The position numbers and the translations under genes were made by a program. From positions 124,001 to 188,000 of the forward strand of contig NW_027254382.1 in assembly GCF_044704955.1 (NCBI RefSeq): a stretch of DNA of 64,000 nt. The letters are read 5' to 3'. The DNA comes from Pristiophorus japonicus. Lineage: Eukaryota. Below the pieces are notes generated by a model, which worked only from the letters and a program-made list of their open reading frames with translations, was not told the DNA's origin and searched no databases. Below are positions 12,062 through 24,736 of this stretch, piece after piece (within the stretch, counting starts at the first letter, position 1; every line of letters starts with the position of its first letter).

Positions 12062-14030
12062 AGAAACATAGAAACATTGAAAATAGCTGCAGGATTAGGC
12101 CATTAGGCCCCTCGAGCCTGCGCCGCCATTCAATATGTTCATGGCTGACCATTCCTTCAGGTCCGCTTTCCTGCTTTCTCACCATACCCCTTCACCCCCT
12201 TATCCGTAAGGGCCATATCTAACTCCCTCTTGAATATATCCAATGAACTGGCATCAACAACTCTCTGCGGCAGGGAATTCCACAGGTCAACAACTCTCTG
12301 AGTGAAGAAGTTTCTCCTCATCTCAGTGCTAAATGGCCTACCCCTTATCCTAAGACTATGTCCCCTAGTTCTGGACTTCCCGAACATCGAGAACTTTCTT
12401 CCCGCATCTAACCTGTACAGGCCCGTCAAAATCTTATATATTTCTATGAGATCCCCTCTCATCATTCTAAACGCCCAGTGAATAAAGGCACAGTTGATCG
12501 AATCTCTCCTCATATGACAGTCCTGCCATCCCTGGAATCAGTCTGTTGACAATATCGGACCGAGTCAGCATGAATTTATGAAAGGGAAATCATGCTTGAT
12601 GAATCTTCTGGAATTTTTTGAGGATGTAACGAGTAGAGTGGACAAGGGAGAACCAGTGGATGTGGTGTATTTGGACTTTCAATAGGCTTTTGACAAGGTC
12701 CCGCACAAGATATTGGTGCACAAAGTCCAAGTGCATGGTATTGGGATTAATGTACTGACGTGAATAGAGAACTGTTTGGCAACTGGTTTGCTGCACTCCC
12801 TCAATAGCAAGAACGTCCTTCCGCAGACTATGAGACCAAAACTGAATACAATATACCAGGTCTGGCCTCACTAAGGCCTTGTACAACTGCAGTAAGGTCT
12901 CCCTGCTCCTTTATTCAAATCCCCTAGCTATGAAGGCCAGCTTTCCATTTGCATTCTTTACCGCCTTCTGTACCTGCGTGCCCACTTTCAGTGACTGATG
13001 AACCATGACACCCAGGTCTCGTTGCACCTCCCCTTTTTCTAGTCTGCCGCCATTCAGATAATATTCTGCCTTCATGTTTTTGCCCCCAAAATGGATAATC
13101 TCACATTTATGCACATTATACTGCATCTGCCATATATTTGCCCACTCACCTAACGTGTCCAAGTCACCCTGCAGCCTCTTAGCATCCTCCTCACAGCTCG
13201 GACCACCACCCAGTTTAGTGTCATCCACAAACTTGGAGATATTACACTCTATTCCTTCAACCAAATCGTTAATGTATATTGTAAAGAGTTGGGGTCCCAG
13301 CACTGAGCCCTGCGGCACCTCACTAGTAACTGCCAGCATTTCTGAAAATGACCTGTTTATCCAGATTCTCTGTTTCCTGTCTGCCAACCAGTTCTCTATC
13401 CAGGTCAGTACATTAATCCCAATATCATGCGCTTGGATTTTGTGCACCAATCTCTTGTGCGGGACCTTGTCAAAAGCCTATTGAAATCCCAATACACCAC
13501 ATCGACTGGTTCTCTCTTGTCCACTCTACTAGTTACATCCTCAAAAAATTCCAGAAGATTCCTCAAGCATGATTTCCCTTTCATAAATCTATGCTGACTC
13601 GGTCCGATCCTGTCAGTGCTTTCCAAATGGGCTGCTATATCATCCTTAATGATTGATTCCAACATTTTCCCCACTACTGATGTCAGGCTAACTGGTCTAT
13701 AATTACCCGCTTTCTCTCTCCCTCCTTTTAAAAAAAAAGTGCCATCACATTAGCTACCCTCCAGTCAATAGGAATTGATACAGAGTCGATAGATTGTTGG
13801 AAAATGATCAGCAATGCATCCACTATTTCTAGGGCCACTTCCTTAAGTACTCTGGGATGCAGACTATCAGGACCCAGGGATTTATCGGCCTTTATTCCCA
13901 TCAATTTCCCGAACACAATTTCCCGCCAATAAGGATATCATTCAGTTCCTCATTCTCACTAGACTCACAGGCCCCGAGTACATTTTGAAGGTTTTTTGTA
14001 TCTTCCTTTGTAAAGACAGAACCGAATTAT
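12062..14030 (-). mobile_element. CR1 LINE, 5'-truncated (RT and 3' UTR), inserted in the array spacer
   Basis: GSVLGPQLFTIYINDL, ISKFVDDTKLGG, MKGKSCL motifs; tail reads GAAACATAGAAACAT on the + strand. Confidence 0.93.
12553..12781 (+). repeat. Inverted copy of an internal RT segment (about 13382-13608) of the host CR1
   Basis: Opposite orientation; shares variants GGACCGAGTC, TTTCAATAGGC, GGTCCCGCAC and GGGATTAATG with the reverse complement of the host segment. Confidence 0.8.
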
Positions 14031-14082
14031 TGTCTCTATCTCTCTCTATATCTGTCTTTCTCTCTATCTGTCTCCCCCTTTG

Positions 14083-16484
14083 AACATAAGAACATAAGAA
14101 CATAAGAGTTAGGAACAGGAGTAGGCCATCTAGCCCCTCGAGCCTGCCCCGCCATTCAATAAGATCATGGCTGATCTGGTCGTGAACTCAGCTCCACTTA
14201 CCCGCCCTCTCCCCGTAATCCTTAATTCCCTTATTGATTAAAAATCTATCTATCTTTGACTTGAAAACATTCAATGAGCTAGCCTCAACTGCTTCCTTGG
14301 CAGAGAATTTCACAGATACACAAACCTCTGGGAGTAGAACATTTTTCTCAACTCGGTTTTAAATTGACTCCTCCGTATTTTGAGGCTGTGCCCCCTAGTT
14401 CTAGTCACCCCGACCACTGGAAACAATCTCTCTGCCTCTATATTGTCTATCCCTTTCATGATTTTAAATGTTTCTATAAGATCACCCCTCATCCGTCTGT
14501 ACTCCAAGGAGTAAGGACCCAGTCTACTCAATCTATCATCATAAGGTCACCCCCTCATTTCTGGAATCAGCCTAGTGAACCATCTCTGTACCCCTTCCAA
14601 AGCTAGTATATCCTTCCTTAAGTAAGGTGACCAAAACTGCACGCAGTACTCAGGTGCGGCCTTACCAATACCTTATACAGTTGCAGCAAGACCTCCCTGC
14701 TTTTGTACTCCATCCCTTTCGCAATGAAGGCCAATATTCCATTCGCTTTTGGAATGCATGCACAAGGACCCCCAGGTCCCTTTGCACCACAGCATGTTGT
14801 AATTTCTCCCCATTCAAATAATATTCCCTTTTATTGTTTTTTTTTCCCAAAGTGGATGACCTCACACTTTCCGACATTGTATTCCATCTGCCAAACCTTA
14901 GCGCAATCGCTTAACCTATCCAAATCTCCTTGCAGTCTCTCTGATTCCTCTACACACCCCGCTTTCCCACTAACCTTAGTGTCATCTGCAAATTTTGTTG
15001 CACTACACTCTGTCCCCTCCTCTAGGTCATCTATGTATATTGTAAACAGTTGTGGTCCAGCACTGATCCCTGTGGCACACCACTAACCACTGATTTCCAA
15101 CCAGAAAAGGACCCATTTAGCCCGACACTCTGCTTTCTGTTCGCCAGCCAATTCTCTATCCATGCTAATATATTTCCTCTGACTCTGCGTACCTTTATCT
15201 TCTGTAGTAACCTTTTGTGAAGCACCTTATCGAATGCCATTTGGAAATCTAATTACACCACATCCATCGGTACACCTCTATCCACCATGCTCCTTATATC
15301 CTCAAAGAATTCCAGTAATTTAGTTAAACATGATTTCCCCTTCATGAATCCATGCTGCGTCTGCTTGATTGCACTATTCCTATCTAGATGTCCCGCTATT
15401 TCTTCCTTAATGATAGTTTCATGCATTTTCCCCACTACAGATGTTAAACTAACCGGCCTTTAGTTACCTGCCTTTTGCCTGCCCCATTTTTTAAACAGAG
15501 GCGTTGCATTAGCTGCTTTTCAATCCGCTGGTACCTCCCCAGAGTCCAGAGAATCTTGGTAGATTATAATGAATGCATCTGCTATAACTTCAGCCATCTC
15601 TTTTAATACACTGGGATGTATTTCATCAGTACCAGGGGACTTGTCTACCGTCAGTCCCATTAGCCTGTCCAGCACTACTCCCCTAGTGATAGTGATTGTC
15701 TCTAGATCCTCCCTTCCCACATTCCTGTGGCCTGCAAATTTTGGCTTTGTTTTTGTGTCTTCCACTGTGAAGGCGGAAACAAAATAATTGTTTAATGTCT
15801 CAGCCATTTCCACATTTCCCATTATTAAATCTCCCTTCTCATCTTCTGAGCGACCAACATTTACTTTAGTCACTCTCTTCCGTTTTATATATCGGTAAAA
15901 GCTTTTACTATCTGTTTTTATATTTTGCGCCAGTTACTTTCGTAATCTATCTTTCCTTTCTTTATTGCTTTCTTAGTCATTCTTTGCTGTCGTTTAAAAT
16001 TTTCCCAATCTTGTAGTTTCCCACTAACCTTGGCCACCTTATACGCATTGGTTTTTAATTTGATACTCTCCTTTATTTCCTTGGTTATCCATGGCTGGTT
16101 ATCACTTCTCTTGCCTCCCCTCTTTTTCACTGGAATATATTTTTTTTGCGCACTATGAAAGAGCTACTTAAATGTCCTCCACTGTTCCTCAATTGTGCCA
16201 CTGTTTAGTCCTTGTTTCCAGTCTACTTTAGCCAACTCTGCCCTCATCCCACTGTAGTCCCCTTTGTTTAAGCATCGTACCCTCGTTTCTGATACAACTT
16301 CCTCATCCTTAATCTGTATTACAAATTCAACCATATCGTGATCACTCATTCCGAGAGGATCTTTTACGAGGAGATCGTTTATTTTTCCTGTCTCATTACA
16401 CAGGACCAGATTCAAGATGGCTTGCTCCCTTTTAGGCTCTGTTACATACTGTTCTAAGAAACAGTCCCGTATGCATTCTATGAA
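14083..16484 (-). mobile_element. CR1 LINE (second subfamily; EN end, RT and tail) with a degenerate 15-bp TSD
   Basis: (AACATAAG)3 tail; PLGMSDHDMVEF, QHGFMKGKSCLT motifs; flanks CTGTCTCCCCCTTTG (14068-14082) and CTGTCTCTCTCTTTG (16485-16499). Confidence 0.92.
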
Positions 16485-17212
16485 CTGTCTCTCTCTTTGT
16501 TCCTGTCTTTATGCCTGCCATTCCATCACTATTTGCCTCCCTCTCTTTATGGAGCACACAAACACATCTCTGTATATGTATGTGTTTGAGTCTTTCTGTT
16601 ATTCAGTCTGACCTTCCATCTCAGTCTGAAAGTCTCTGTTTCTCTTTGTCTCTTTCTCGCTGTCTGTCTCTCCCTGTTTCCCTGTCTCTCAACGTATCTG
16701 TCTCTTTCTCACGATGTCCAGTTCTGTTCCAATGGGATTCACTCAGTCTCTCTGTCTGACTGTCGCTCTCATTCCCATCATCTCTGTCTGTCCATGTCTC
16801 TACCTGTCTCTCTCTTTGCCTGTCTCTGTTAGTTACTGCCTCTAACCTGCTGAGTATTTCCATCATTTTCTGTTTCTATCTCTGTCTATCTCTCTATCTG
16901 TCGCTCACTCTTTCTCTGTCTCTCTCTTTGTCACTGTCTTTGTCACTGTCTTTCTCTCACTGTTTCCCTCTCTCTCTTTAAAGAGCACATACACACACAT
17001 CTCTGTATATGTGTGTGTTTGAGCCTTTTTCTCACTTAGTCTGCCTCTCCTTCTCAGTCTCATACTTTCTGTCTCGCGTTGTCTCTATCTCGCTGTCTGT
17101 CTCTCCCTGTTTGTCGGAAGTCTCTGTCTCCCAAAGTGCCTGTCGACTTCTCATGGTGTCCAGTTCTGTTCACAGCTCGATTCCTGCTCTGACAAAACAA
17201 ATGCCCGTCAGT

Positions 17213-17284
17213 TCGTCGTTAGTGTAGTAGTTAGTATCCCTTCCTGTCACGCGTGAGGTCGGGGTTCAATACCTTGACGAGGGT
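17213..17284 (+). pseudogene. tRNA-Asp(GTC) pseudogene
   Basis: TCGTCGTTAGTGTAGTAGTTAGTATCCCTTCCTGTCACGCG...; this unit lacks the Ser gene. Confidence 0.82.
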
Positions 17285-17711
17285 GGAACTTTTTCAAAAT
17301 GTTGAATATTGCTTCAAAATGTCCTGGAACTTTAGAAAAAGACTTGTGGAAAGTAATACGGATGTGAGCTTTGGTTCAGTGGCAGCATTCTCGGCTGAAT
17401 CAGGAGGTTGTGTGTGTCAGTCCTGCTCTTGAGACTTGAGCATATAATCTTGGCTGACGCTCAAATGCAGTACTTGGGCAATTTTGCATTGTTGAAGCTG
17501 TTGACTTTCGGATGAAATGTTAAATTGAAGCTCCGTCTGCACCCTCGGGTAGATGTGAAAGTTCCCAGAGCATTACTCGAAAAAGAATAGGAGAGTTGCC
17601 CCTGTGTCAATATTACTATAAATGTTTGAAAATGCTCATTGAAAACCGATGTCTGTGAGAGTGGAGCTGCAGCCCAGATTCTCACAGAGACAAAATCCGA
17701 ATACTGACAAA

Positions 17712-17794
17712 ACCAGGATGGCCGAGTGGTTTAGGCGTGGGACGTAAAATCCAATGGGTGTATAGCTGCGTGGGCTCGAACCCCACTCCTGGTA
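17712..17794 (+). pseudogene. tRNA-Leu(TAA) pseudogene
   Basis: ACCAGGATGGCCGAGTGGTTTAGGCG...GGGCTCGAACCCCACTCCTGGTA. Confidence 0.85.
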
Positions 17795-17995
17795 AATCTT
17801 TAAATTAAATCCGATTTCCTCCCATCCTGCTCAGTAATACGCAAATGTATTCTGTTGAATCTGTTCATGTCGATAACTTTATAACATTCTCAACTGACAA
17901 AGAAATGGGATTATGCAATGTTTCTGTGCCTCTCACTCTCTGTGTTAAGAGAGCTCTTTATGTGTTTGTGTTTGAGTCTGACTCACTCTGTCTGA

Positions 17996-20900
17996 GGAAT
18001 TACGAGCTGAATTTAGGGATCCTGGAGCTAAGTTAACAAATAGAACATCAAAGGTAGCAATTTCAGGACAGCTACCACTGACACCTGCCAGTCAGAGGAG
18101 GAATCGCAGGATAGCTCAGATGAATGTGTGGTGCAGAATGGAGGGATTCAATTTCCTGGGACATTGGAACCGGTTCAGGGGGAGCTGGGACCAGTGCAAA
18201 CCAGACGCTCTGCACCTGGACAGAACCAATGTCCACGGGGGAGAGTTTGCTCGTGTTGTTAGGGAGGGGTTAAACTAATATGGCAGTGGGATGGGGACCT
18301 ATGCAGGGAGACAGAGGGAAGTAAAATGGGGGCTGAAAAGTTAAGGTGGAGGGCAGAGAAACCCAAGGCAAAAATCAAAAAGGGCCACATTGCATCCAAA
18401 TTATAAAGGGACAAGGTGTGTTAAGATAACAAGCCTGAAGGCACTGTGCCTCAATGCGAGGAGTATTCGTAATAAGGTGGACAAATTAACTGCACAGGCA
18501 GCAATTAATGAATATGATGTAATTGGCATCACAGAGAAATGGCTCCAGGGTGACGAAGGCTGGGAACGCAACATCCAGGGATATTCACCAATCAGGAAGG
18601 ATAGACAGAAAGGAAAAGGAGGTGGGGTGGCATAGCTGGTTGAAGAGGAAATTAACCCAATAGTAAGGAAGGACATTCGCGTGGATTCTGTGTGGGTGGA
18701 GCTGCGGAATATCAAAGGGAAGAAAACGCTAGTGGGAGTTGTGTATCACCAAACAACAGTAGTGAGTTTGGGGACAGCATCAAACAAGAAAGCAGGGATG
18801 TGTGCAATATAGCTACAGAAGTTATCATGGGCGACTTTAATCCAATATAGATTGGACTAACCAAACTGGTAGCAATACGGTGGAGGATTTGCTGGAGTGT
18901 ATTCGGGATGGTTTACTTGACCAATATGTCGAGGAACCATCTAGAGGGCTGGCCATCCTCGACTGGTTGATGTGTAATGAGAAAGGACTAATTAGCAATC
19001 TTGTTGTGTGAGGCCCCTTGGGGAAGAGTAACCACAATAAGGTAGAAATATTTGTTAAGGTGGAGAGTGAAACAATTAATTCTGAGACTGGGGTCCTGAA
19101 CTTAAGGAAAGGTAACTTCGATGGTATGAGACATGAATTGGCTAGAATAGACTGGGAAATGATACTTAAAGGGTTGATGGCAGATAGGCAATGGAAAACA
19201 TTTAAAATCACATGGATGAACTTCAACAATTGGACATCCCTGTCTGGAGTAAAAAAATAAAACGGGAAAGGTTGCTCAACCGTCGTTAACAAGGGAAATT
19301 AAGGATAGTGTTAAATCCAAGGAAGAGGCATATAAATTGGTCAGAAAAAGCATCAACCTGAGGACGGGGAGAAATTTAGATTTCAGCAGAGGAGGACAAA
19401 GGGTTTAATTCGGAGGAGGAAAATAGAGTATGAGAGGAAGCTTGCTGGGAACATAAAAACTTCTATAGATATGTGAAGAGAAAAAGATTAGTGAAGGCAA
19501 ACGTAGGTCCCTTGCAGTCAGATTCAGGTGAATTTATAATGGGGAACAAAGAAATGGTAGACCAGTTGAACAAATACATTGGCTCTGCATTCACGAAGGA
19601 AGACACGCATAACCATCTGGAAATAGTACATGACCGAGGGGCTAGTGAGAAGCAGGAACTGAAGGAAATCCTTATTTGTGGGAAATTTTGTTCGGAAAAT
19701 TGATGGGACTAAAGGCCGATACATCCCCGGGGCCTGATGGTCTGCATCCCAGAATACTTAAGGAATTGGCCCTAGAAATAATGGATGCATTGGTGATCAT
19801 TTTCTAACAGTCCATCAACTCTAGATCAGTTCGTATGGACTGGAGGGTAGCGAATGTAACACCACATTTTGAAAAGTGAGGGAGAGAGAAAACAGGTAAT
19901 TACAGACCAGTTAGCCTGACATCAGTGGTGGGGAAAATGTTGTAATCAATTATTAAAGATGAAATAGCAGCACATTTGGAAAGCACTATCAGGATTGGTC
20001 CAAATCAGCATGAATTTATGAAAGGGAAATCATGCTTGACAAATCTTTTAGAATTTTGTGAGGATGTAACGAGTAGAGCGGACAAGGGAGAACCAGTGGA
20101 TGTGGTGTAGTGGGACTTACAAAAGACTTTTGACAAGGTCCCACACAAGAGGTTGGTGTGCAAAATTAAAGCACATGGCATTGGAGGTAATGTATTGATG
20201 TGGATAGAGAACTGGCTGACAGAGTCGGGATAAACGGGTTCTTTTCGCAATGGCGGGCATTGATTAGTTGGGTGCTGCATGGCTTAGTGCTGGGTCCCCA
20301 GCAATTTACAATGTACATCAATGACTTAGATGAAGGAATTGTGTCTAATATCTCCAATTTTGCAGATGACATGATGCTGGATGGCGTTGTGATATGTGAG
20401 GAGGATGCTAAGAGGCTGCAGGGTGACTTGGACAGGTTAGGTGAGTGGGCAATTGCGTGGCAGATGTCGTGTAATAAAGATAAATGTGAGGTTATGCATT
20501 TTCGTGGCAAAAACACGAAGGCAGAATGTTATCTGTATGGCGGATGATTAGGCAAAGGGGAAGTGCAACGAGATCCGGGTGTCATGGTACATCAATCATT
20601 GAAGGTTGGCATGCAGGTGCAGCAGACAGAAAGAAGGCAAATAGCATGTTGGCCCCATATCTTGGGGATTTGAATATAGCAGCAGAGCGGTGTTGTTGCA
20701 GCTGTACAGGGCCTAGGTGAGGCCTCACCTGGAATAATGTATTCAGTTTTGTTCTAATCTGAGGAAGGACGTTCTTACTATTGAGGGAGTGCAGCGAAGG
20801 TTCACCAGACTGATTTCCGGGATGGCAGGACTGACATCAGAGGAGAGATAGGATCGACTGGGTCTGCATTCACTGGAGTTTAGACGATTGAGAGGGGACC

Positions 20901-21293
20901 TCAGAAACATATAAAATTCTGATGGGACTGGACAAGTTCGATGCAGGAAGAATGTTCCCGATTTTGGGGGAGTTCAGATCCAGTGGTCACAGTCTAAGGA
21001 CAAGAAATAAGCCATTTAGGACCGAGATGAGGAGAAACTTCTTCACTCAGAGAGTTGTTAACCTGTGGAATTCTCTTCTGCAGAACGTTGTTGATGCCAG
21101 TTCATCAGATATATTCAAGAGGGAGTTGGATATGGCCCTTAAGGTAAAGGGATCAAGGGATATGGAGCGAAAGCAGGAAAGGGGTACTGAGGTGAATGAT
21201 CAGCCATGATCATATTGAATGTTGGTGCAGGCTCGAAGGGGCGAATGGTCTATTCATGCAACCGTTTTCTATGTTTCTATGTTTCTATGTTTC
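17996..21293 (+). mobile_element. Long degenerate CR1 LINE (ORF1 esterase end, ORF2 EN and RT, tail)
   Basis: LCLNARSIRNK...YDVIGITE.W EN start, RT motifs and (CTATGTTT)3 tail; multiple stops and frameshifts. Confidence 0.93.
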
Positions 21294-21982
21294 AGGGTGC
21301 ATGCATCTAATGGCCCAGTGTGCTGTGCCATTTCTTTCAACTGGGTGCTATTTATTGTACCTGTAACTCGCCCGGTTTGTATCTGATCCATATCGTGTCT
21401 CACCTGACCAATCATCCATCTCCCATCAGCATGACATGTGTCTCTTTTCCTGTCCTCGGCATCGTCCTCTCAATTCCTGCTTATTTTGCTCGTTAATTTT
21501 TCGTGCATGGCCTTCCAATACGGCTACACCCTCTAGCATTTTTTTTGGGATGTTTTAGATCCTAACTCTGAAGATTCTATCCCAATCCTGGCCTGTTTCC
21601 TGATTAGTAACTCCGTTGTTCCCCTCAAACTTTCTACACCTGCCTGGATCGCCTGTATATCTGGTGCAACTACTAGAGATGTCCCTTTAAAGTTAATACG
21701 TCATTCGCTCTATATCTCCTCTGTCTTCCTTCTTTGTGTCTCAGCTTCTTGTGTTACTCCCTTGCTCCTGATGTGTCGCTAGATATTCTCAGGATTGTGT
21801 CTAGCAATCGTATTTACAACGCTTTAGTCTTGTGGTTATTTTTTTCTGGCTGATTAATTTATGCTCACAGGTAACATTTCATGCTACACATTGTCAAATA
21901 ACAACATTACTTCTGTTCCAGGTTTAACTACCACGCAATTTCCCAAGGTTAATTCCCCTGGTTTACAATATTCAGCTAACAT
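21294..21982 (-). pseudogene. env-like remnant (F-type class I fusion protein candidate), disrupted
   Basis: Manual translation across stops and frameshifts: ..GNCVVVKPGTEVMLLFDNV*HEMLPVSIN..RQRR(furin-like, 21715-21726)..NDVLT..GTSLVVAPDIQAIQAGVESLRGTTELL (heptad-like)..TCHADGRWMIGQVRHDMDQIQTGRV..INSTQL. Confidence 0.6.
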
Positions 21983-22235
21983 TTTTTACTCACTTATCTT
22001 ATGGCTTCAAGACAAACGCTCCCGACACTTAGATGCCGCACCCTAGATGCTGCTTTATGTAGTTGTTGTACCCTCCGCTGTGGTTAAATGCTTTTGGGCC
22101 CCCTCGGGGCGGCCTTGTAGCTTGTCCTTGTAGAATCGGAAGGACGGTGATGATCACGTTTATATTCTGTTGATAAAGCACATCCTGGATATTCCAGGTT
22201 TTAGTGAGAGTCTTACCATTTCCATTTTAACCGGA

Positions 22236-22482
22236 TTTTCCTTTCACTCGCCACTGTATTGGTTCTGCAATTGCTGTGGTTATGCACAAAATTCCTACAA
22301 TAGCTAAAGAACCCCAGTACCTTACAAACCCCTCAGACTGGTTTTGGTCGGGGCATAATCCTAATGCCCTCCTTCCCGTCATTGGACATGGTCCGATTTC
22401 CTTGGGATATTTCGTGTCCCAGGTACTGTACCACAAATTGTCCGATTTGTGCCTTTTTGGGATTTAGTTTACATCCTGCTTT
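22236..22482 (-). pseudogene. Retroviral/LTR-type reverse transcriptase fragment (motif 6-7 and thumb)
   Basis: KAGCKLNPKKAQIGQFVVQYLGHEISQG..IMPRPKPV*GVCKVLGFFSYCRNFV..IAEPI. Confidence 0.85.
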
Positions 22483-24071
22483 CCATTATCTCAAATGTAT
22501 TTTTCATTACTAGAACAGAGTCTAGCACGGAGGCTTTGATAACTGCTTTCTGTTGTCTCAAATGTTCCAGTTTCAAAGCCTTTACGTCTCAGTTTCTATG
22601 GTTCTTCAACCACCGTATCTGAAGTCACAAGTTCAACTTATATTTTCCTTTGTTCTAAACTGCTAAAGCCTGCCATTTTAATATTTAATTTTTTTCAAAA
22701 TTCCTTTTGCAATTTCGCAGATAGCTCCCCACATGCCCAGGAGTTTGGCCTGATCCCTGAAGGTATTTCTACATTGTTTCCAAACATTATAGTTTTATTT
22801 CTTTTTTTTAAGAGATCAGATTTAACTTTTTAATTTAAATGTATCTAATTTTGTTGCGTATTTTCTTAAATAGTTGTACTTGAAATCTTCACAACAAAAT
22901 TAACTCTTCACTGCTTCCATCCTAATTTCTGCTCCCTTTTTGTAGTATTTGTATTTATTGTTGGATTATGAAATGTCAAATATGAAAATACTGTTTTTTA
23001 ATCGGACTTATCATTTATGCGTATAGTGATTCACAGATCACAGAATGCAAATTACTTTTTTTATAATTATGTGCCTCACTTCTGTTTTAGAAGCTGAACA
23101 TCAAAAACTCGAATCTTTTGCGCTGTAACTGCAATTTTGTGATACAGTATCTCATAAATGTAATCATTTAAAGCTTCAGCTTCTGACGCAGTATGTTTAC
23201 TTTTATTAAAAGTCTTCCAAACCCAAGATTTTCCAATACAACCAAAATGTTTATCAAGGAGAATCACCACAAATATCTCAAAATCCCAATTCAAATATGC
23301 CAATCTTTGATTTAAAAATATTTTTACTGAGCTCGAAGCTTTCGCATCAAGATTTTACACAAAGAAATATGGGGGCGTACTTCCCAAGCCCGCAGCCTTG
23401 AGACACCCACGCAGGATTCTTTTTTTAAGGCATTACAATTTCCCTTCTCCGTTCTTTATCTCATTCCTAGACTAAATGTATTGTCTTTCAAACAAATGTA
23501 ATCAATGATTACATGTTTTCTTTTGACAAGTGAGCGTGTCGAAATGTTTTTTTTAAACCATCGGGACCACACATTGTTTTATCTTTTGCTCAACAAACCT
23601 ATCCTTTGTGCATTTCCTAGCTCCATAACATATCACCTGAATAAATCGACACCTGGGTTTCTAAATTAAAATGTAATTCAAATCTAGGTTCACACTTTCT
23701 TAAAACTTCCTTCATACAGGACAACACTGCAAAGGGTTAAAACAAATTCACTCTGTCTGAAAAAGTGGGTGGAGCCATAACAACAGACAGCTCTACCACT
23801 TTCTGAAGCAGGCTTACAGACACATGAAAAATTCATTAATTCCCACCTCAAATATTTCGCAGCCAAAAATCACACAAGCACTTTCATTCAAAGACAGACA
23901 TTCACAAAAGTCTCTCTTCATTCAACAAAGCTTATTGTTTGGCCGGCTCTATTTTTGGATCCATACTTCACTTAAGATAGTCACTAACATCTTGTGTTAT
24001 GGACTTACGAAAAATATCTACTAAGCGAGCCTTCTGGCCCCCAATCAATCCTTTATTTTCCTCAGTCCTAA

Positions 24072-24592
24072 TCATAACCCTGTTAGTGTGGGATACAAAT
24101 TTGGGCCAAATTCCTCTGTCCATTCCCTTCTGTCATCTATATCTATTTTTATACTTACATCCTGTTGTCTTTTGTCACTTTCTCTGTCCATCTCACCTTC
24201 GGGTATCTTTCTATTCATCTTTCCGGCTGTTAAAATTATCTTTTTCCCTTCATCATATCCTGCCTTAACCATCTCCATGACCTTTTCAGATGTATCTCTC
24301 AGAAACTCTTCTGGTAGTTTATACCGAAGCCCTCCAAGGGCCTTGGCAGATTCCTTTGCCATTTCAGACATTGGGGCTTTTTCACCAGTTCCTATTTTAC
24401 CATCTTTACTTAAGCAGAACTTTTTACACCAATGCTTTTTAACTAGTGCTGTTTTTCCACCTTTAATTATGCGGAAATATTTACACTGAGGCTTTTTCCC
24501 CGATATCCCGTATGCGTACTTATTGCCCCAACACTTACAGTACTTATTTACATTGTCCTGACGCGCCCCTCAACTGGATTTACTGGCTGCAT
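24072..24592 (-). pseudogene. gag-position ORF remnant
   Basis: About 165 stop-free codons (includes ORF 24072-24371) starting about 130 nt downstream of the PBS; no diagnostic motif recognised. Confidence 0.45.
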
Positions 24593-24715
24593 GGACTCTA
24601 CCTCAGATTCGTTGGATATCTGGTTACTTTGCGAGGAGAATTTCTCAAGGTAATTCTCTACTCACTCGTTATTCGGTTGGTTTGGCTTTTTGAGTCTAAT
24701 CTGCCCGTCGAGTCG

Positions 24716-24733
24716 ATCCTATTGACTGCGCCA
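24716..24733 (-). promoter_or_regulatory. Primer-binding site for tRNA-Ser
   Basis: Minus strand TGGCGCAGTCAATAGGAT versus TGGCGTAGTCGGCAGGAT, the complement of the tRNA-Ser 3' end plus CCA (14/18, all transitions); 3 nt from the LTR end ...TAACA. Confidence 0.8.
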
Positions 24734-24736
24734 CGT

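Larger units (their letters stand above)
1..17995 (+). repeat. Left tandem tRNA-cluster array (Asp-Ser-SINE-Leu-CT spacer units), 5 decayed units with nested LINEs
   Basis: Asp-like at 486/3832/7178/10468/17213, Ser-like at 774/4121/7467/10727, Leu-like at 2611/5957/9288/11562/17712, with homologous spacers between them. Confidence 0.9.
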
